Shown piece after piece: positions 1-13,964 of a stretch of 64,000 nt of DNA (within the stretch, counting starts at the first letter, position 1; each line of letters starts with the position of its first letter). The position numbers and the translations under genes were made by a program. Source of the DNA: Cirrosporium novae-zelandiae (Eukaryota); contig JAPETS010000019.1 of the NCBI GenBank assembly GCA_026023565.1, positions 248,001-312,000 of the forward strand, written 5' to 3'. The notes under the pieces are model-generated. The model had not been told where the DNA came from, ran no database searches, and was given only the letters and a program-made list of their open reading frames with translations.

Positions 1-1876
1 CTGGGTCTCTCTATATGTGACGAGAAGACAGGAAAAGGCAGAATGTGCATATTTGTACCTTTATAATTTCTTTTAACCCTTTTTAGCTCGAGCGAGATTT
101 CTATTAGCACATATTACCCTTAGACAAAATCGCTATTCCTCCTAGCTTAGTAGCTGTGGTGGGGTCGAAATACATTATTGAAAAAGTGAAAGTTTAATAT
201 GACTATTGGAAATATCTGTTATGTTCTAGATGTAAGCAGCCAAGCTATAGCCAAGCTATCAAGGTCATTTGCCTTTCGACAGTTAAACGGTGTGGCTTTG
301 GGAGAAAGTTAGAGGATGTAGTTTATAACTACACCAGACAAACTGGCTCGCTTCCCCGCAATTGTACTCGGCTCAAGTGAGTAAAGCGGCAACTTTTCAT
401 GTTTCGGGAGCAGGTGGGGGGAGGAAATTTATTAATAAGCTACTTGACTCCTATCAAAGTATTTTATTGTTGATCAACAAATTGCGAATAAGATGGGAGA
501 TAATGATAATCCGAATTATCCATCAGATGAAATTCCTTTTAATCAATGATTTAAGGAATACGCTATCAGAAAAGGGAGTGAGAAAATGGAAGATATAACC
601 GCATATGTTATATAATGTCAGCGGGATCGAGGTACCTGTATGCAATGTACTCCTTTCTACCCTTAACAAGACCCAGGGCGGCTGACCATTTTGGCTGTAT
701 ATGTGTGCATCTATGTTCATGGAAACCCTTTCATCTGATAGGTCCTCTTCCTTGAAAGTACATGATTCCAACCAGGTACAGACTTCCAAGCTGTCTCGTG
801 CGAATTGCCAACCGTCAACTTCCCCGCATTGTTACCTCGTTCCCCTCCACATCCGCTTCACCAACCAAGGGCTTCCAACAGCTGCCAGCAGCCCTGCTAC
901 CTTTGCTGCGACAACAATAATACCGGCTTGAGAACCTGCCTGTAACTGGATAATGGATCGATGGATGATGGATGATTTCGGATTCGTTGAGGCGGGGATG
1001 ATATCAAGTTTGTAGTACACGTACATGTTACAACTAATTCCCATCTCTTCTTCCTCGGCCACTCCAGCTTTTCCTACTTGCTCCATTTCGTTCATAACAT
1101 ATAATCCCTCTCGTCTTCTTTTCCGGCTACATATTTGTATTCCTATTTCTCCCGCCCTTGTTCAGTATATTAATCAAGGGAAACCTCTTTGTTTCATTGC
1201 CCTGTGTGACGGTCACCGAGCTCTCTCATGGTGGCTGATGGTCTCGGATCAAACGAAATCGATATCAGGTCTACGAGTATCTGGGATGCAGTGATATTTC
1301 TAAATATTCACGGGTTGAAGAATCAAAAGGGTTGATTGAAAAGATCAATAAGCCGTCGTATGTTTATCTTGCTTCTTCTTCTTCACCCCTCTACAATGTT
1401 GCAATGCACCTCTGTCAACAAAGACCGTGCATGTGAGAGACTCCGACTTCCCAACACTTAACTCGTCACACAAGCTCCCCAACCTCAACTAAATTGACAT
1501 TTCTTGTCCTTTCTTTCTTACAATTCAATTGATAATCATTCCCTGCGATCGGTTTTATAAATTTACTTTTCACCAGCAGGACTCTGATGAAATAGCAATG
1601 TCATACTTATCCAAACATGAAGCTAACCTCGGTGATAGAAGTAGGAATCATAACTCTGAGCCTTTGAAGGACCGACCACAGAAATATTAGCCGCTACCGA
1701 CATCATTTGCCCTTGGAAATTCTCATATCAATATTAATCAACTAAACTCCTATAACCTTTTCATCAATCCGTCCACCATCTTATTGAGCATTCCTCTTAG
1801 CCCAGCGGCTTTAAATCTGGCCTGAACCTACCAAACTACGATAGAGTACTTAACTTCAATCTCCCCTCTGCCTAAC

Positions 1877-2945
1877 ATGTCGTCCCCATCATCGACCCTA
1901 ACTGGCCGGGCCAGACGTGCCACGGAGGACTTATCGTCCTTTACCAAATCCATGATGGAAAATCCATCGGCCGCAACCCAGAGTTTCCTCCATACACCCA
2001 TCATGCGGGTTTCCTTACCCTTCATCAACGGGGGACTTGCGGGCATGACTGCCACATCCATCATCCAACCCATCGATATGATTAAAGTTCGACTACAGCT
2101 TGCCGGTGAAGGTGTCAAGACGGGCCCTAAGCCTACGCCTTTGACTGTCGTCAAGGACATCACTACCCAGGGACATATTATGGATCTGTATACAGGACTG
2201 AGTGCAGGGTTATTAAGGCAGGCAGTATATACGACAGCACGGTTGGGATTCTTTGATACATTTATGAAGAGTCTGTCAACCAGGGCACAGGCTCAGGGGC
2301 ATCAAGTTGGGTTTAAGGAACGTGCGTCTGCTGGTCTGGCTGCAGGTGGTCTCGCAGCTATGGTTGGCAATCCTGCAGACCTCGCTCTTATACGCATGCA
2401 GTCGGATGGCCTAAAACCCAAAGCTCAGCGAGCAAACTACAAGAGTGTTGTTGATGCGCTTATGAGGATTAGTAAAAATGAAGGTGTCGTCGCCCTTTGG
2501 AAAGGAGCATACCCAACAGTTGTCCGAGCGATGGCTCTAAACTTTGGCCAGTTGGCATTTTTCTCAGAGTCTAAGTCGCAACTTAAACAGCGCTATCCCC
2601 AGCTCAGTACGCAAACAACCACGCTTACAGCATCTGCAATTGCAGGATTTTTCGCCAGTTTCTTTAGTCTGCCGTTCGACTTTGTGAAAACGAGATTGCA
2701 GAAACAACATCCTGGCCCAGATGGAAAACTCCCGTATCGGGGAATGGTACATACCTTCGGTAAGGTGACTAAAGAAGAAGGCCTCTTAAGATTTTATAGA
2801 GGCTTTACAACATATTATGTTAGAATCGCGCCTCACGCGTGAGTATATCCCATGATCAACCTACAGGAGTGAAGTGCTAACTAAAGATTGATGTAGTATG
2901 ATCACATTGATTGTAGCGGATTGGCTTGGGTTCTTGACCAAATGA
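1877..2945 (+). CDS. Mitochondrial carrier (SLC25), 2-oxoglutarate/malate or dicarboxylate-tricarboxylate type; 2 exons
   Basis: Three Px[DE]xx[KR]xR-type signatures (PIDMIKVR, PADLALIR, PFDFVKTR) plus GLLRQAVYTTARLG and YYVRIAPH. Intron 2839-2896 (GTGAGT..GCTAAC..TAG) gives the C-terminus AMITLIVADWLGFLTK*. Confidence 0.93.
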
Positions 2946-3722
2946 TTTCTGGCCGAATAAACTTGGCTCGAAGTTAACTGGCCGTCGTGTCGAATTAAAT
3001 AACTGAAAAATAACTGAAAACAGCAGCATTCTGAATACTACAATGCATTCGCATTCCAATATGTGGAAGCTACATCATTTAAGGAGGGCCGCTCAAAATG
3101 TAGGAAGGAATAGAACGTCCTCAAGAAACCAAAGACTAACTAGCGATATACAACGAGAAATAAGCATGGCTGGCTTAATCTGAATCCTGATTGATTGGAT
3201 ACTTATCTACTGTGTTCAGTTTTTCCATGCTGAGTTCTTTCAGCTTCATCTCTATTCCCCCATCGCTGGCGCATTATGCCTAGTCCATTTACAATCAATC
3301 TTTTAAATGTATTTATACCATCATGACTTGCAGCTTTACGTTTCGCTACGCCATAGCGCAGAAACAGTTCCAGTCAGATTGTAAGGTGGTTATTTATCTA
3401 GAGCTAGCTACTGCTCCATACGAGCTGTTTTATTAGGTACAATAAATGAATTAAGCTGGAAGCTAAGAGAAATTACTTACTTTGCTGTGTAGATTAATTC
3501 TTTTGCCAATCCTTTCGTAATGATTTTTCAGTAGCCGTAAGTTAGGGCAGATTTGTAGGGCTAGGATTTACTGTGAAAAGCGATGTCAAGCGATACCGAT
3601 TAGATAAACTTTAATTCCCATTGTTGGAGAAATTCAAGTGGGTGGAGCCTCCTTTACCCAGCTTGACCTTTGGTAATATAATTGATCCTAGTATCCTTCG
3701 ACTATATCTTAAGTGCTACATT

Positions 3723-5054
3723 ATGGCCGAAGAAGAAATTCAAATTGATGTCGATATTCCAGCGCAGGAGCTTATTCTTGCCGCTTCTAAACACGACATC
3801 CCTACCCTCAAAACCCACCTCAAGACTACCTCTGCAAATGTGCAGGATCCAGACTCCCTATTTACACCTTTACATGCTGCAATCGCTGCGTGTGCACTAG
3901 ACGAAGGTGATGAAGAGGAAAGTGCGCCTGAATTGGTTGATGCAGCAACAACACAAAATGGGGAAGAAACGAAACCAGCAGGCCTAAGCAAGGAAGAGCT
4001 GGACGCTGTTAAGGAAACTGTCCAGATACTGCTGGAAAATGGTGCCATTTGGAATGATCTTGATAAGAATGATGAGACGCCGGGGTGCATTGCACACAAG
4101 CTGGGTTTGGAAGAGCTCTATGAAATGATGGTTAATGCGGGAGTTAGAGCCGAGTTGCTGCTGAGTAGGTTGGATGAGTATCAGCAACTTGGGGACGAAG
4201 AGGTGGATGAGAACCCCGACGTGGGCGAGCAGCTCCTTGATGAGTCTGAAAAATCCGAGAAGCCTGGAGAACAAGTCAATGGAGGAACCGATGATACCAC
4301 ACAATCTCAGGGGGAGTCCTCAGAACCAGCCCCGCTACAACAGCCAGAACCAGAACAGCCTTCCTTACCATCTCCCGACGCCGCAGATTCCAACCCAGCA
4401 TACCTCTCCTCCAGCCTCTCCTTCACCTCATCATCAATCTTAGACTCTTCCACTAACGCTGTTATGATGTCCTGGGAATCCACCCTCATGACCACCACCG
4501 CCAAGAACCTCCTCCCTACGCCGGGCCTCCGTGTCCTAAATATCGGCTTCGGTATGGGTATTATTGATACCGCCTTTCAATCCCACGCCCCCACAGCTCA
4601 TCACATAATCGAAGCACACCCGTCCGTTCTCGAGCGCCTCCACTCCTCAGGCTGGTCTTCAAAACCGGGCGTCGTCATCCACGCCGGCCGCTGGCAGGAC
4701 ATTCTCCCCGCCCTGCTCGCCTCCCCTGACCCCCCGACATTCGACGCAATCTACTTTGATACGTTCGCCGAATCCTACGCGGACCTGCGCCGCTTCTTCA
4801 GCGAGTATGTCATTGGATTACTGGACGCTGATGGCAAGTGGAGTTTCTTTAATGGGATGGGCGCTGATCGTCGCATCTCGTATGACGTGTATCAGCGGAT
4901 TGTGGAGATTGATTTGTTTGAGGCTGGGTTTGAGGTTCAGTGGGGGGATGTTGAGATAGGGGATCTGGAAGCAGGCGGGGATTGGGAAGGAGTTAAGAGG
5001 AAGTATTGGGTGCTTGATAGGTATCGGATGCCCATTTGTAAGTTTTTGGGTTGA
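3723..5054 (+). CDS. RMT2: Protein arginine N-methyltransferase 2 (ankyrin-like N-terminus + GAMT-like SAM domain)
   Basis: TPLHAAI, GAIWNDLD, VMMSWE, VLNIGFGMGIID, HHIIEAHP, FDAIYFDTF and FFNGMGAD motifs; first ATG at 3723. Confidence 0.93.
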   Translation: MAEEEIQIDVDIPAQELILAASKHDIPTLKTHLKTTSANVQDPDSLFTPLHAAIAACALDEGDEEESAPELVDAATTQNGEETKPAGLSKEELDAVKETVQILLENGAIWNDLDKNDETPGCIAHKLGLEELYEMMVNAGVRAELLLSRLDEYQQLGDEEVDENPDVGEQLLDESEKSEKPGEQVNGGTDDTTQSQGESSEPAPLQQPEPEQPSLPSPDAADSNPAYLSSSLSFTSSSILDSSTNAVMMSWESTLMTTTAKNLLPTPGLRVLNIGFGMGIIDTAFQSHAPTAHHIIEAHPSVLERLHSSGWSSKPGVVIHAGRWQDILPALLASPDPPTFDAIYFDTFAESYADLRRFFSEYVIGLLDADGKWSFFNGMGADRRISYDVYQRIVEIDLFEAGFEVQWGDVEIGDLEAGGDWEGVKRKYWVLDRYRMPICKFLG

Positions 5055-5316
5055 AAGCAATGGGGTACTGCTGGGTCAGCGCGAAAGAAAAGGGAAAAAA
5101 AGAAAACTGCATAAAAATGAGTATTTGAGGGGACTTTGGATGTTGGAGATGGCAAAAAGCTTTGTTATTTTATTTCCATGAGATTATGGAATATGCGAGA
5201 TATGAGAGCTTGATAAGAAAGATGCTCCAATACCCAATCAACCGAGAAAAATCAAAGCCATATCGCCAACAAACCTCGCTCAGAACCATGAAAATATAGT
5301 CGTCAAGCTCCTGTGT

Positions 5317-6815
5317 CTACCTCCTAACCGTAACGCTCCGTCCCCTCTGTTCAGGATCCACATCCGTCTCCTCGCCATTCGCATCCTCGCCATCCTCATC
5401 CTCCCCACTACTCCACCAATCATCAATCAAATCATTACTCTCAATCTCATCCTTGTTCAGGACCTTCCTCGCTGCCTCCCTCCCAAATACGGGCAACCTT
5501 AACCCATTCTCCAACGTCGTCTCGGGATCCAGCAGTCCAATCTGTACCAGCACGCTCGCCTGGTCCCAGTATATATGCTCATGACACAGCTTCCCACCAC
5601 GAATCTGCACGATGCTCACGAGCGCAATTTCCACCCAGCGGTTGGTGGGATCTACTCCTGGCAGCAGCCAGGGTATCTCGGTGGTATGTTGAAAGGAAGC
5701 GAGCATCTCGTCGACGATGCGTGTAGTACCGATTGTGCGGGAAAGGAGGCGCATTTTTAGACTCGGAGGGTTGTTTGGTATGAAGAAGTCGCGGTAGAAG
5801 CGGTATAGATCGTCGTAGCCAATGCCCCCGGTTATGGTGGGGATGTGATTGACATAGGGTTGCGGTACCATAGTTCTCATGGTTGCATCCGCATTGCGAT
5901 TTGTGAATTCAACTGCCCAGAAAGAGATTGTTAGCTGTGCGCTCTTGACATCACTTTCGCCTTCGTTCTCGTTATTCTCTTTCTTTTTCTTTTTCTTCTT
6001 CTTCTTCTTAGGACTGCCACCACCACCCCAAAACCACTTCGACTCCAAATCCCTCTTTCACAACAAAGTATCCACTTACGCGCAAGATGCTCCTCCCAAA
6101 CACTCTCCAAATCGACCTCAATATCAAATTGTTTTCTCACGCATGCCACACTCCTCCCCCACGCCAGATCTGCAGACACAGGCTCCCACTCCTCCATATC
6201 GCGTTCCGCAAACCCCGGCTGCGCGTCCGGATAGCTGTACGAGGTAACCCTGTCGACTTTCGGGTTCTGCCCGGGTAGGTGCACCAGCACGCGTATGGTG
6301 GAGGGGTAGCCGATGGAAAAGCTCGGCAGTGAGGGTGGGTAGTAGGCTACCAGTGCGCAGAGCTTGGGCATTGGTTTGAAGCAGATGTTCAGTGCTGCGA
6401 GGGCGGCGTCTCCGAAGGCTGTATGGGGGGGGGGAATCGATATCAGTTAGTTTGCGTTGTTTAATCAATCGGTCAATCGATCAGGTACAAATACGCCCAA
6501 TAATTCATCTCTCTCTCCTTCTCTCTCTCTACCTCTCCCCTCTCCTCTCTTCCCTATCCCCACCCCCCAGCCTCACAAAAAAACAACAAAAAACAAAAAA
6601 AAGAATAATTTACCCACGATCGCATACTTCTCCCCCAAATCCAACCCATCCGCCTCCCGCATCAATCGATTCCGATACTCCTTCTCCTCCAGATTATCCA
6701 TCGCCAGGTATGTTACCGCATACCCTTCATCCTTCCAGTGGTCTAGGATCGTCGCATCGAATTGCGAGTCCTCGGCTGTTATTACTAGTCGGAGATTTCG
6801 GTTTCGGAAGGGCAT
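5317..6815 (-). CDS. Dienelactone hydrolase-like / SnoaL(NTF2)-like protein (carboxymethylenebutenolidase-like); 3 exons
   Basis: Exons ~6815-6614, 6418-6080 and 5912-5317 joined by GT..AG introns. Motifs LVAYYP, YSYPDAQPGFAE, VWEEHL, PYVNHIPTITGGIG, HEHIYWDQASVLVQIGLL. Start codon uncertain. Confidence 0.8.
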
Positions 6816-8227
6816 TTTTTTGTTTTTGGGTGGGTGGGATGATGGGGTAGAGGGGGGAAGGTGGAAGAGTTGAGGGTGGTGGTGGATGGTTTGTTTTTTG
6901 TGTAGATGCGATGCGATGGGATGCGCTTGCGATGATGGATGGGTGATGGGATGGGGGCGAATATGATACGATAATGTGACGAGAGATGGAAAGTATAGTT
7001 ACTGTAACAATCAATATCTATACCTCTCTCCCAAGAAATTGTCTAACGTAATCTAAGCAAGAAAAGAAGAAGAAGAAGAAGAAGAAAATATTCAAAGTTC
7101 GAAATACTTCTTCTTCTAAAAAGTGTAAGGAAGGAAGAAAGAAAGAAAAAAATATTCCTAGATTTTTTACATTTTCGAGCTACACAGGGAACTTGGTTTC
7201 CTACGAGGGGTTCTTTTCCACTAATTTTACTTGCTGTACTTGTAACTTGTTACTCTAACGTTTCCTTTATGCATGCAGGTCGGTCCAAGTCAGACAAGCA
7301 AAGCAAGGCAAGCAACCAAACAAGTTCTCGTTTGCTTTCTTTTTGGGGATGGTTATGGTTATGGTTGGGGGCGAGTTGGTGCAGTGTAACTACTACGTCA
7401 TAATTAATTGGGTATGAGATAAGTTTGGAGTTCTGGGGTGGTTTCTTGGCACGGAGAGACTTTCCCAATGGGTGGGTTTTTTTGGGTGGGGGTTTTTGGG
7501 GGGGTTTTTTCTATGGGGATGGGGATACTATATATAGTAAGTTGGTTTTATTTTATATGGAGAAGATAGTGGAGATGCAGGACGTAAGAAGGAGGAGAGC
7601 AAGGAAATGATGATGGGGATGATAGAGATAAAGAGGTGATGATGGGGATGATGGGGGTGTTATATATCTATCTATGTACAGAGTACATGTATATATACAA
7701 TAAGAGTAATAATTACAGTAGTTAACAACAAATACTCGACTCAATCATCTCAATCCACAAAACTCCCCTTCCACACCCTCCACTTGTTCTGTTCTCTTCC
7801 TCCAACAGCCATCTTCCTTTCCCTTTCCCCATAATTAACTCCTCATACTCCATATTCCCCACCCCTCCCCAATCTCTCCATCCCAATATATATCTAAAAG
7901 TGCTTTAACAATAATTTCACACAATCCAACAATAAATAGAAACTTTTCAGTTTTTCGATTGAGTATAGAGAGAGATATATATATATATCAATATGGTGGT
8001 ACTTGCTTATAATAGTTAATGTAATGTAGAATCTAAAAAGCCGGGAGGGGAATAGGGGGGAAATAGGGAAATAGGAAGATTTTATTTAAGCTATTGTAAG
8101 GTAATTGATTTGGGTGTTTTGGGGGGGATTTATTTTGGTTGGTTGACTTTTGAGGGTTGGTTACATAAGTGATTTGGGTATTTTTGTTTTTGGGGTGTGG
8201 ATGTATGAGGTAGGAAATGATGGGAGT

Positions 8228-8260
8228 GGTGGTTAGGTGGTTAGGTGGTTAGGTGGTTAG
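8228..8260. repeat. Short tandem repeat (GGTGGTTA) x4 in a low-complexity intergenic tract
   Basis: ggtggttaggtggttaggtggttaggtggttag read directly. Confidence 0.8.
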
Positions 8261-8848
8261 GAGATGCTGGATGGGGTAGATGCTGGATTATTTAGGTAGG
8301 TAAGGAAACTAATGTCTGAGGCCGGACCTTATGGTAGCTGGGTGAATAGGGGTTACGGGAAATGGGATTGTGAGAGGGAGGAGAAGTGTGGTTTATATAT
8401 TTATATACAAGTACGAGTATAGGATAAGTGGATGATATTATGGGTTGAGGAAATTTGGATTAGTGGGGAGTACAGGAAATACCTAGGTAGGTTTGAAAGC
8501 TATGGGCTTAATAGTTCCTATACCATCGATTAAGCTGCCTGCTACCAAAGTACCGTATAGAGAAAACAAGATCCGGGCAGTGTATAAAATATCAACTGGA
8601 TATCATTGACCTCTCCCCCCGCAAAAATATCAACTACTGCAATTTTCCCGCCCAAGAATCCTAAAACCCTTCCCCACCCCACCCAGAGAAGCAGCATGTT
8701 CCATATTCTTTGAATCACATTAAAACTCCATTGGACGATATTCTTAAAAGGCCCGCAGGCGTGTTGTGAAATTTCCTATAAACTCCATTTTTTGTTTTTC
8801 CAAATATGCTAAACCGTGGTGAGGTGTTTGGTCGATGTTGTTGTTGGC

Positions 8849-9823
8849 CTAGTAGCTTCCTTGTGCCATTAGCTGTTGGCGTAGAGTCATGATTTGGGTC
8901 CTCTCGTTAGGCGGTAGGGCATCGATTTGTTGCTGTGTCATTTGGAGGACTTGCTTTAGGAGTTCTTGTTGATTTGGAACTGCAGCTGGGGGTTGTTGCA
9001 TTGGTGGTGTTGGGTAAGCGGGTGCTTGCATGGGAGGTGTAGGAACATGTGGTGTATTGAATTGGGGGTAATGGGGATATTGGGGTTGGGATTGGGGCGG
9101 TTGGTAAGGAGGGATGGATGTCGTTGGAGCAATTTGAGGCGCTGCTTGTGGCTGCGCTGCTTGTTCTACAACAGATGAGAGGACCGATGTATCCACTAAA
9201 TTCATAAGCAGAAGGGCTTGGAAGATGGCGTATGAAAGTTGAGGAGCTTGTTTAAGTAATTCGTTTGCCTTGGCTGGATCTGATATGACTAGTGCTTTCA
9301 TTTGTTGTAGGATGTCGAGAAGCTGAGCGGCCGGTAGAGTTGAGAGAGTTCGAGAGATGGCATCTGGGCATGTCAAGTTTGGAGGGAGGTCTGTGCCTGG
9401 AGGTAATGGGGGAAGTCCTCCAAGTTGTTGGGAAACTGCTCCATTTTGTGCTTGTGATTGTTGACCACCGTAACCACCCGAAGGACCGTCATCATCTCCG
9501 CCTTCGTGAGAATAATCAACCCGTAATCTGCGACCCATAATCTCATAATCGTTAAGATTTCTGACGGCGGAAGCAGCTGCATCTGCATCGGAGAATTCTG
9601 CGAAGCCAAAGCCTTTTGGTTTACCGGTTTCGCGATCGTAGACAAGACGAAAGTTAAGGACTTGGCCTACTGAGCTGAAAGTATGAATGATTTGCTCTTC
9701 GGTGAGGCCTATAGTTAGGTTAGCATTGATCTGATGAACCGCGCATAATCATACAAGAAGTGAGAACTTACCATATGGAATGTTTCCAATGAAGATGACC
9801 CTCCCCGCTTTATCTGGAGCCAT
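8849..9823 (-). CDS. RNA15: Cleavage/polyadenylation factor subunit CstF-64/Rna15 (RRM + hinge + C-terminal domain); 2 exons
   Basis: MAPDKAGRVIFIGNIPYG, intron 9771-9709, then RLVYDRETGKPKGFGF (RNP1); hinge LLKQAPQLSYAIFQALLLM; C-terminal QIDALPPNERTQIMTLRQQ. Confidence 0.93.
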
Positions 9824-10195
9824 GGCAATTAATTAGCTTGGTAAGATAGGGAATTGTTAGATTTGGATATGTGCTATAATGTTATGCAAGATTTCTTGTC
9901 ATGTACTATAGAGATATAATCAAGTAATATCAAAGAAGTTGTGTTTGGAAAAGACGTGCCGTGCACGCCCTTAAGCTCTGTTTGCTCTGTTTGTTCTAAT
10001 GGCTACCGTAGTCCATTGTGGTATTGTGGTATAAGTAGCAAAATGCGCTAAAACCTCCGAAGATTCCATCATCATCATGGCAGGTCCGACAACTGCCTAA
10101 CCAGCCTAACTACAAAATATTTTCTTCATAACTACAGAACCCGCTTTCACGTGTGATCGTAGTTGTTGTGAAGCTATTATCTTCTTCGTATCAAA

Positions 10196-11260
10196 ATGGC
10201 AGACCCAAGAGAACAATTGGCCAAAATCCAGCGAGCCTTGCAAAGTGCTCAGAACAAGAATGGTTTTGGAGGCAACCCAAGGTCATTTTTCGGAGGGGTC
10301 TTATTGGTTTCTCTTATCGGTGGAGGTCTTGTTGTTGCTGGGAACTCCCTTTTTAACGGTGAATTCTTGTTTGGTCATTTGGCCGTTTATTCTACTCTTC
10401 CCACTGACTGTTAATAGTTGACGGTGGACACCGAGCTATCAAATATACAAGGATAAATGGTGTAAAAAAAGAGATTTACAACGAGGGTACAGATTCTCAT
10501 GATTTAATCATGGTCAAGTCTAATCTTGCTAGGAACCCACATTCGTATACCGTGGTTCGAAACCCCCATCATATACGATGTTCGCGCGAAGCCTAGAAAT
10601 GTCGCATCTCTTACCGGCACCAAGGATCTCCAGATGGTCAACATCACTTGCCGTGTGCTTTCTAAACCTCGGATCGATGCTCTGCCACAGATATATCGGA
10701 CTCTCGGAACCGATTTTGACGAGCGGGTTCTCCCTTCAATTGTGAATGAGGTTCTGAAGAGTGTGGTGGCCCAGTTCAACGCGAGCCAGCTAATCACCCA
10801 GCGAGAGAGTGTCGCACGCCTTGTTAGAGAAAATTTGTCTCGGAGAGCTGCTCGTTTTAACATTCTTCTCGATGATGTTTCTTTGACGGTATGTGTCCTA
10901 CCAGATGTAGGCCTTAGAGGAAATCTAATATGGCAATAGCATCTTGCATTCTCTCCCGAGTTTACCGCCGCTGTCGAGGCTAAACAAGTCGCTCAACAAG
11001 AAGCTCAACGAGCGGCATTTGTTGTCGACAAAGCAAGGCAAGAGAAGCAAGCCATGGTTGTTCGCGCCCAGGGTGAAGCCCGATCGGCAGAGCTTATTGG
11101 TGACGCCATCAAGAAGAGCAGGAGTTACATTGAACTGAAACGAATCGAGAATGCCAGAAACATTGCTGCGATTCTTCAAGAAGCCGGTGGCAGGAATAAG
11201 TTGTACCTTGATGCGCAAGGTCTTGGACTCAATATCAATGAGAATACGGTTGAGAAGTAA
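10196..11260 (+). CDS. PHB2: Prohibitin-2; 4 exons
   Basis: [63 protein letters not shown]; three canonical introns; divergent from RNA15. Confidence 0.96.
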
Positions 11261-13964
11261 GACGGTAGGAATGATGTTACTGCGTGGTATTTGCGCAACT
11301 CCGGGTTAACCGCATGTACAAAATTCAGCGAAAAAGGTAGTATAATTAATTGAGCGGGGTTCAAAAGTTAGACTCGAAATATTTCTATACCTCCTTTGCT
11401 GGATTGTATCATAAAGCTCTAGATAATTGCTATGATTGCCGTGATATCACTAGCCGGTATTCTGTGCCCCCTCCCCTCCCCCCTTGGCCTATCCCGTTCA
11501 TAAAATACGTGAAATGCAGATGTTTAGCTTGTTTCAAGGCTTTTGAAGAATTAGAGGTAACTACTAAAAAGCTTTAGTAAACGGTGGACATAGACTCTTC
11601 AAGTTTGTCAGTTTAGCATTCTGATGGTCCTATCTCCTATGTACTCAGTAGCCTGACTTGATGGATCCTATGCTTCCTATCTTGAAACTATGAAGGCCCG
11701 ACTAACTACCTCGGTAGATATAATTGATATTCATGAAAAGGTTTCTCCTGGATGTCCAGGACAACGATCTTGAGAAGGGAGCAAAAGTTACCCTACAATA
11801 GATACACACCTTGGGCCTACTCTACATGGAGAATGAAGGCCACAATAAAGTTGCTTAGTAGTGCATCATCTTGCCGTAGCCTTGATATAATCTTTGCTAT
11901 CCATAATTAAGTGGAATGATGATAGAGACCTCGTTAGAAGTGTTAACCGACTTGGGCCAAAATTTCTGGTAAACTTTTGAAGATATCACTATCTACCTAG
12001 GTAGATATTTAACTATGCCACTTTACAATAACACAGGCAGCCTTCGGACAGTTGCTCAATTTCTTGCTGGAGATGCTATATCCTACTCAAATGAATTTCC
12101 TAGGTTAACAGCTATCAGTTAGCCTACTCCACAGTAATCTGGACAGTATATGTAGCGTAGAACCTTGGTCTCATGAGTACTTGTAGTTCACGTCAGCGTT
12201 TCCCCGAGCCTCTGGCTGTGACTGAGTCTGTCCCTTCTTTCATCTCGGGGTCGACGATACGGTGCCAGCCCTTCCTCGAATGGAAGGTAGACATTGGGAC
12301 GCACGGACCAAGTGATCTCTTAGCCTCTCGCTTAGGTTGGATGGTGTTGTGGTGGCTGGAGCCGCACAACATCATTTCAGTCTTTCAACTTTTCAAGTCT
12401 TCCACCCTTATATCCTTTCATCCCTTTCCTTTCAGTCAGTAGATATAATTACTTCTAGTACAATCATGTCTCCCCTAAGTCTCTTTAATTATGTATCGAA
12501 AGGGGGGAGCCACCTTGATTCCATGGGTGACTCGTCCTCGTATCCTTTGCTGCCGTTCTGGATTTGCTCCTCGGCGCTGACATACCAAGATTCGACAACG
12601 ACGATCTCGCATTATAGCAAAGCTGCATCTCTTTCAAAGCAAATTTATTTAACTGTCCTGCAAGATGGAGTGACAGTTCTGCTGACTTGGCCCTGACGCT
12701 AGTGGTTAGCGCGACGCTAACGCCCACCACCACAAGATGTATTCTCTTCTTTCACTATTTTGTCCATATCACTGACTTCACTTAGAGTACTTAGTCACCC
12801 CGAATTGCAGTAATTTGCATAATGGAGTTGTTGCTTTACTCCCTTGGTTCATTATTTCGGTGTGATTTTTCATTGCCCGCTTGCTTTGTCGCCGGTGGCA
12901 CAGCAATGACATCGTCTTATAACTCAATTTCAACCTCGTAGAAGATGGCTCTTCATTCAAGGACCCCATGGTCTCGATCCAAGTGCAAATGTCTTTAGGT
13001 TTTTATATATATACCTTTCAGCATCCATTGAGTTAGTGACTCCTCGGGAAAATATCCCCTTGAATTCTATAATAGTTGCAGAATCTGCAATGCTTTTGGG
13101 GATAATGATCCTCTTTTATTTTCTTTATCCATTGACGTATATAATCCTTTCAATTTTAGTTGGGCATCAAAGCAGGAGCTCTATATCCCCGTCATAACTG
13201 GACCCATTTCTATATATATATCTCTCTCGATTGGACTAATATATATTTATTATATGTTCTAGCAAGGGGTGAGCTAGGAAACTGGAAAAGAACGTTAGCA
13301 GAGTGTCCACACACGCGAAGAAGTTGGGCAGAATATACTAGACCTTTCCTCCCATGGATCAGCTAACTTGATTATGACAAAGGGGCCATGTGGAGAAATG
13401 AATAAAGAGATGTCAAAAATCTCGGAGGGAGATGATGGTAAGCCAACTGTTGGCCATGGCTCACGCAAAGAGACTGACCATCATATGGCCTTAGGCTCGG
13501 CTAGTTATTATAGAAAAGTCGAACCCCGAACAGTTATGTTGATACTCTCGGCGGCCACATCTGGCATGGTGCCTTGGTATGTTGATCACTCTACCCTATG
13601 CTATGAATCGATTTTATGAACCGATTAAAAATTGCCCTACCCTTTGCCCTGATAGTTTTGAGCATCCCCACAACTCATCCTCACACTTCCAGCTGACTCT
13701 CCCACATCATTCACCAAAATTCGAGCCAACTTTCTCCACATCCTGTTATTATTGAGCCCGAGCTACTTATCATCTCCCAAGTTCTTCCTTTCAAAGCTTA
13801 CCCTTATCGTACGTTTACCTAGGGAAACCGAGACATCTAGAGTTCTATCGAACTGAAGGTGCAGATGGTAAAGCTGACTTGATCAGCTCTACCTCATTCA
13901 CTCTTACTTGGGTTGTTGATCTTAGACCTCTACCTTTCCTATTCTGGTGTCTTCTAATCCCCCA

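Noticed and set aside
362..1294. Several short ORFs at the window start
   Set aside because: No recognisable motifs or consistent exon structure.
5913..6079. Poly-Lys/Phe stretches in ORF-track translations
   Set aside because: They are translations of a low-complexity intron.
8228..8260. Telomere-like repeat
   Set aside because: Unit is an 8-mer, not TTAGGG; four copies between core genes.
12466..12960. Exon/intron-like segment upstream of DNMT5
   Set aside because: Splice-like signals exist but I could not assemble an open spliced frame or recognise a family; at most a relic.
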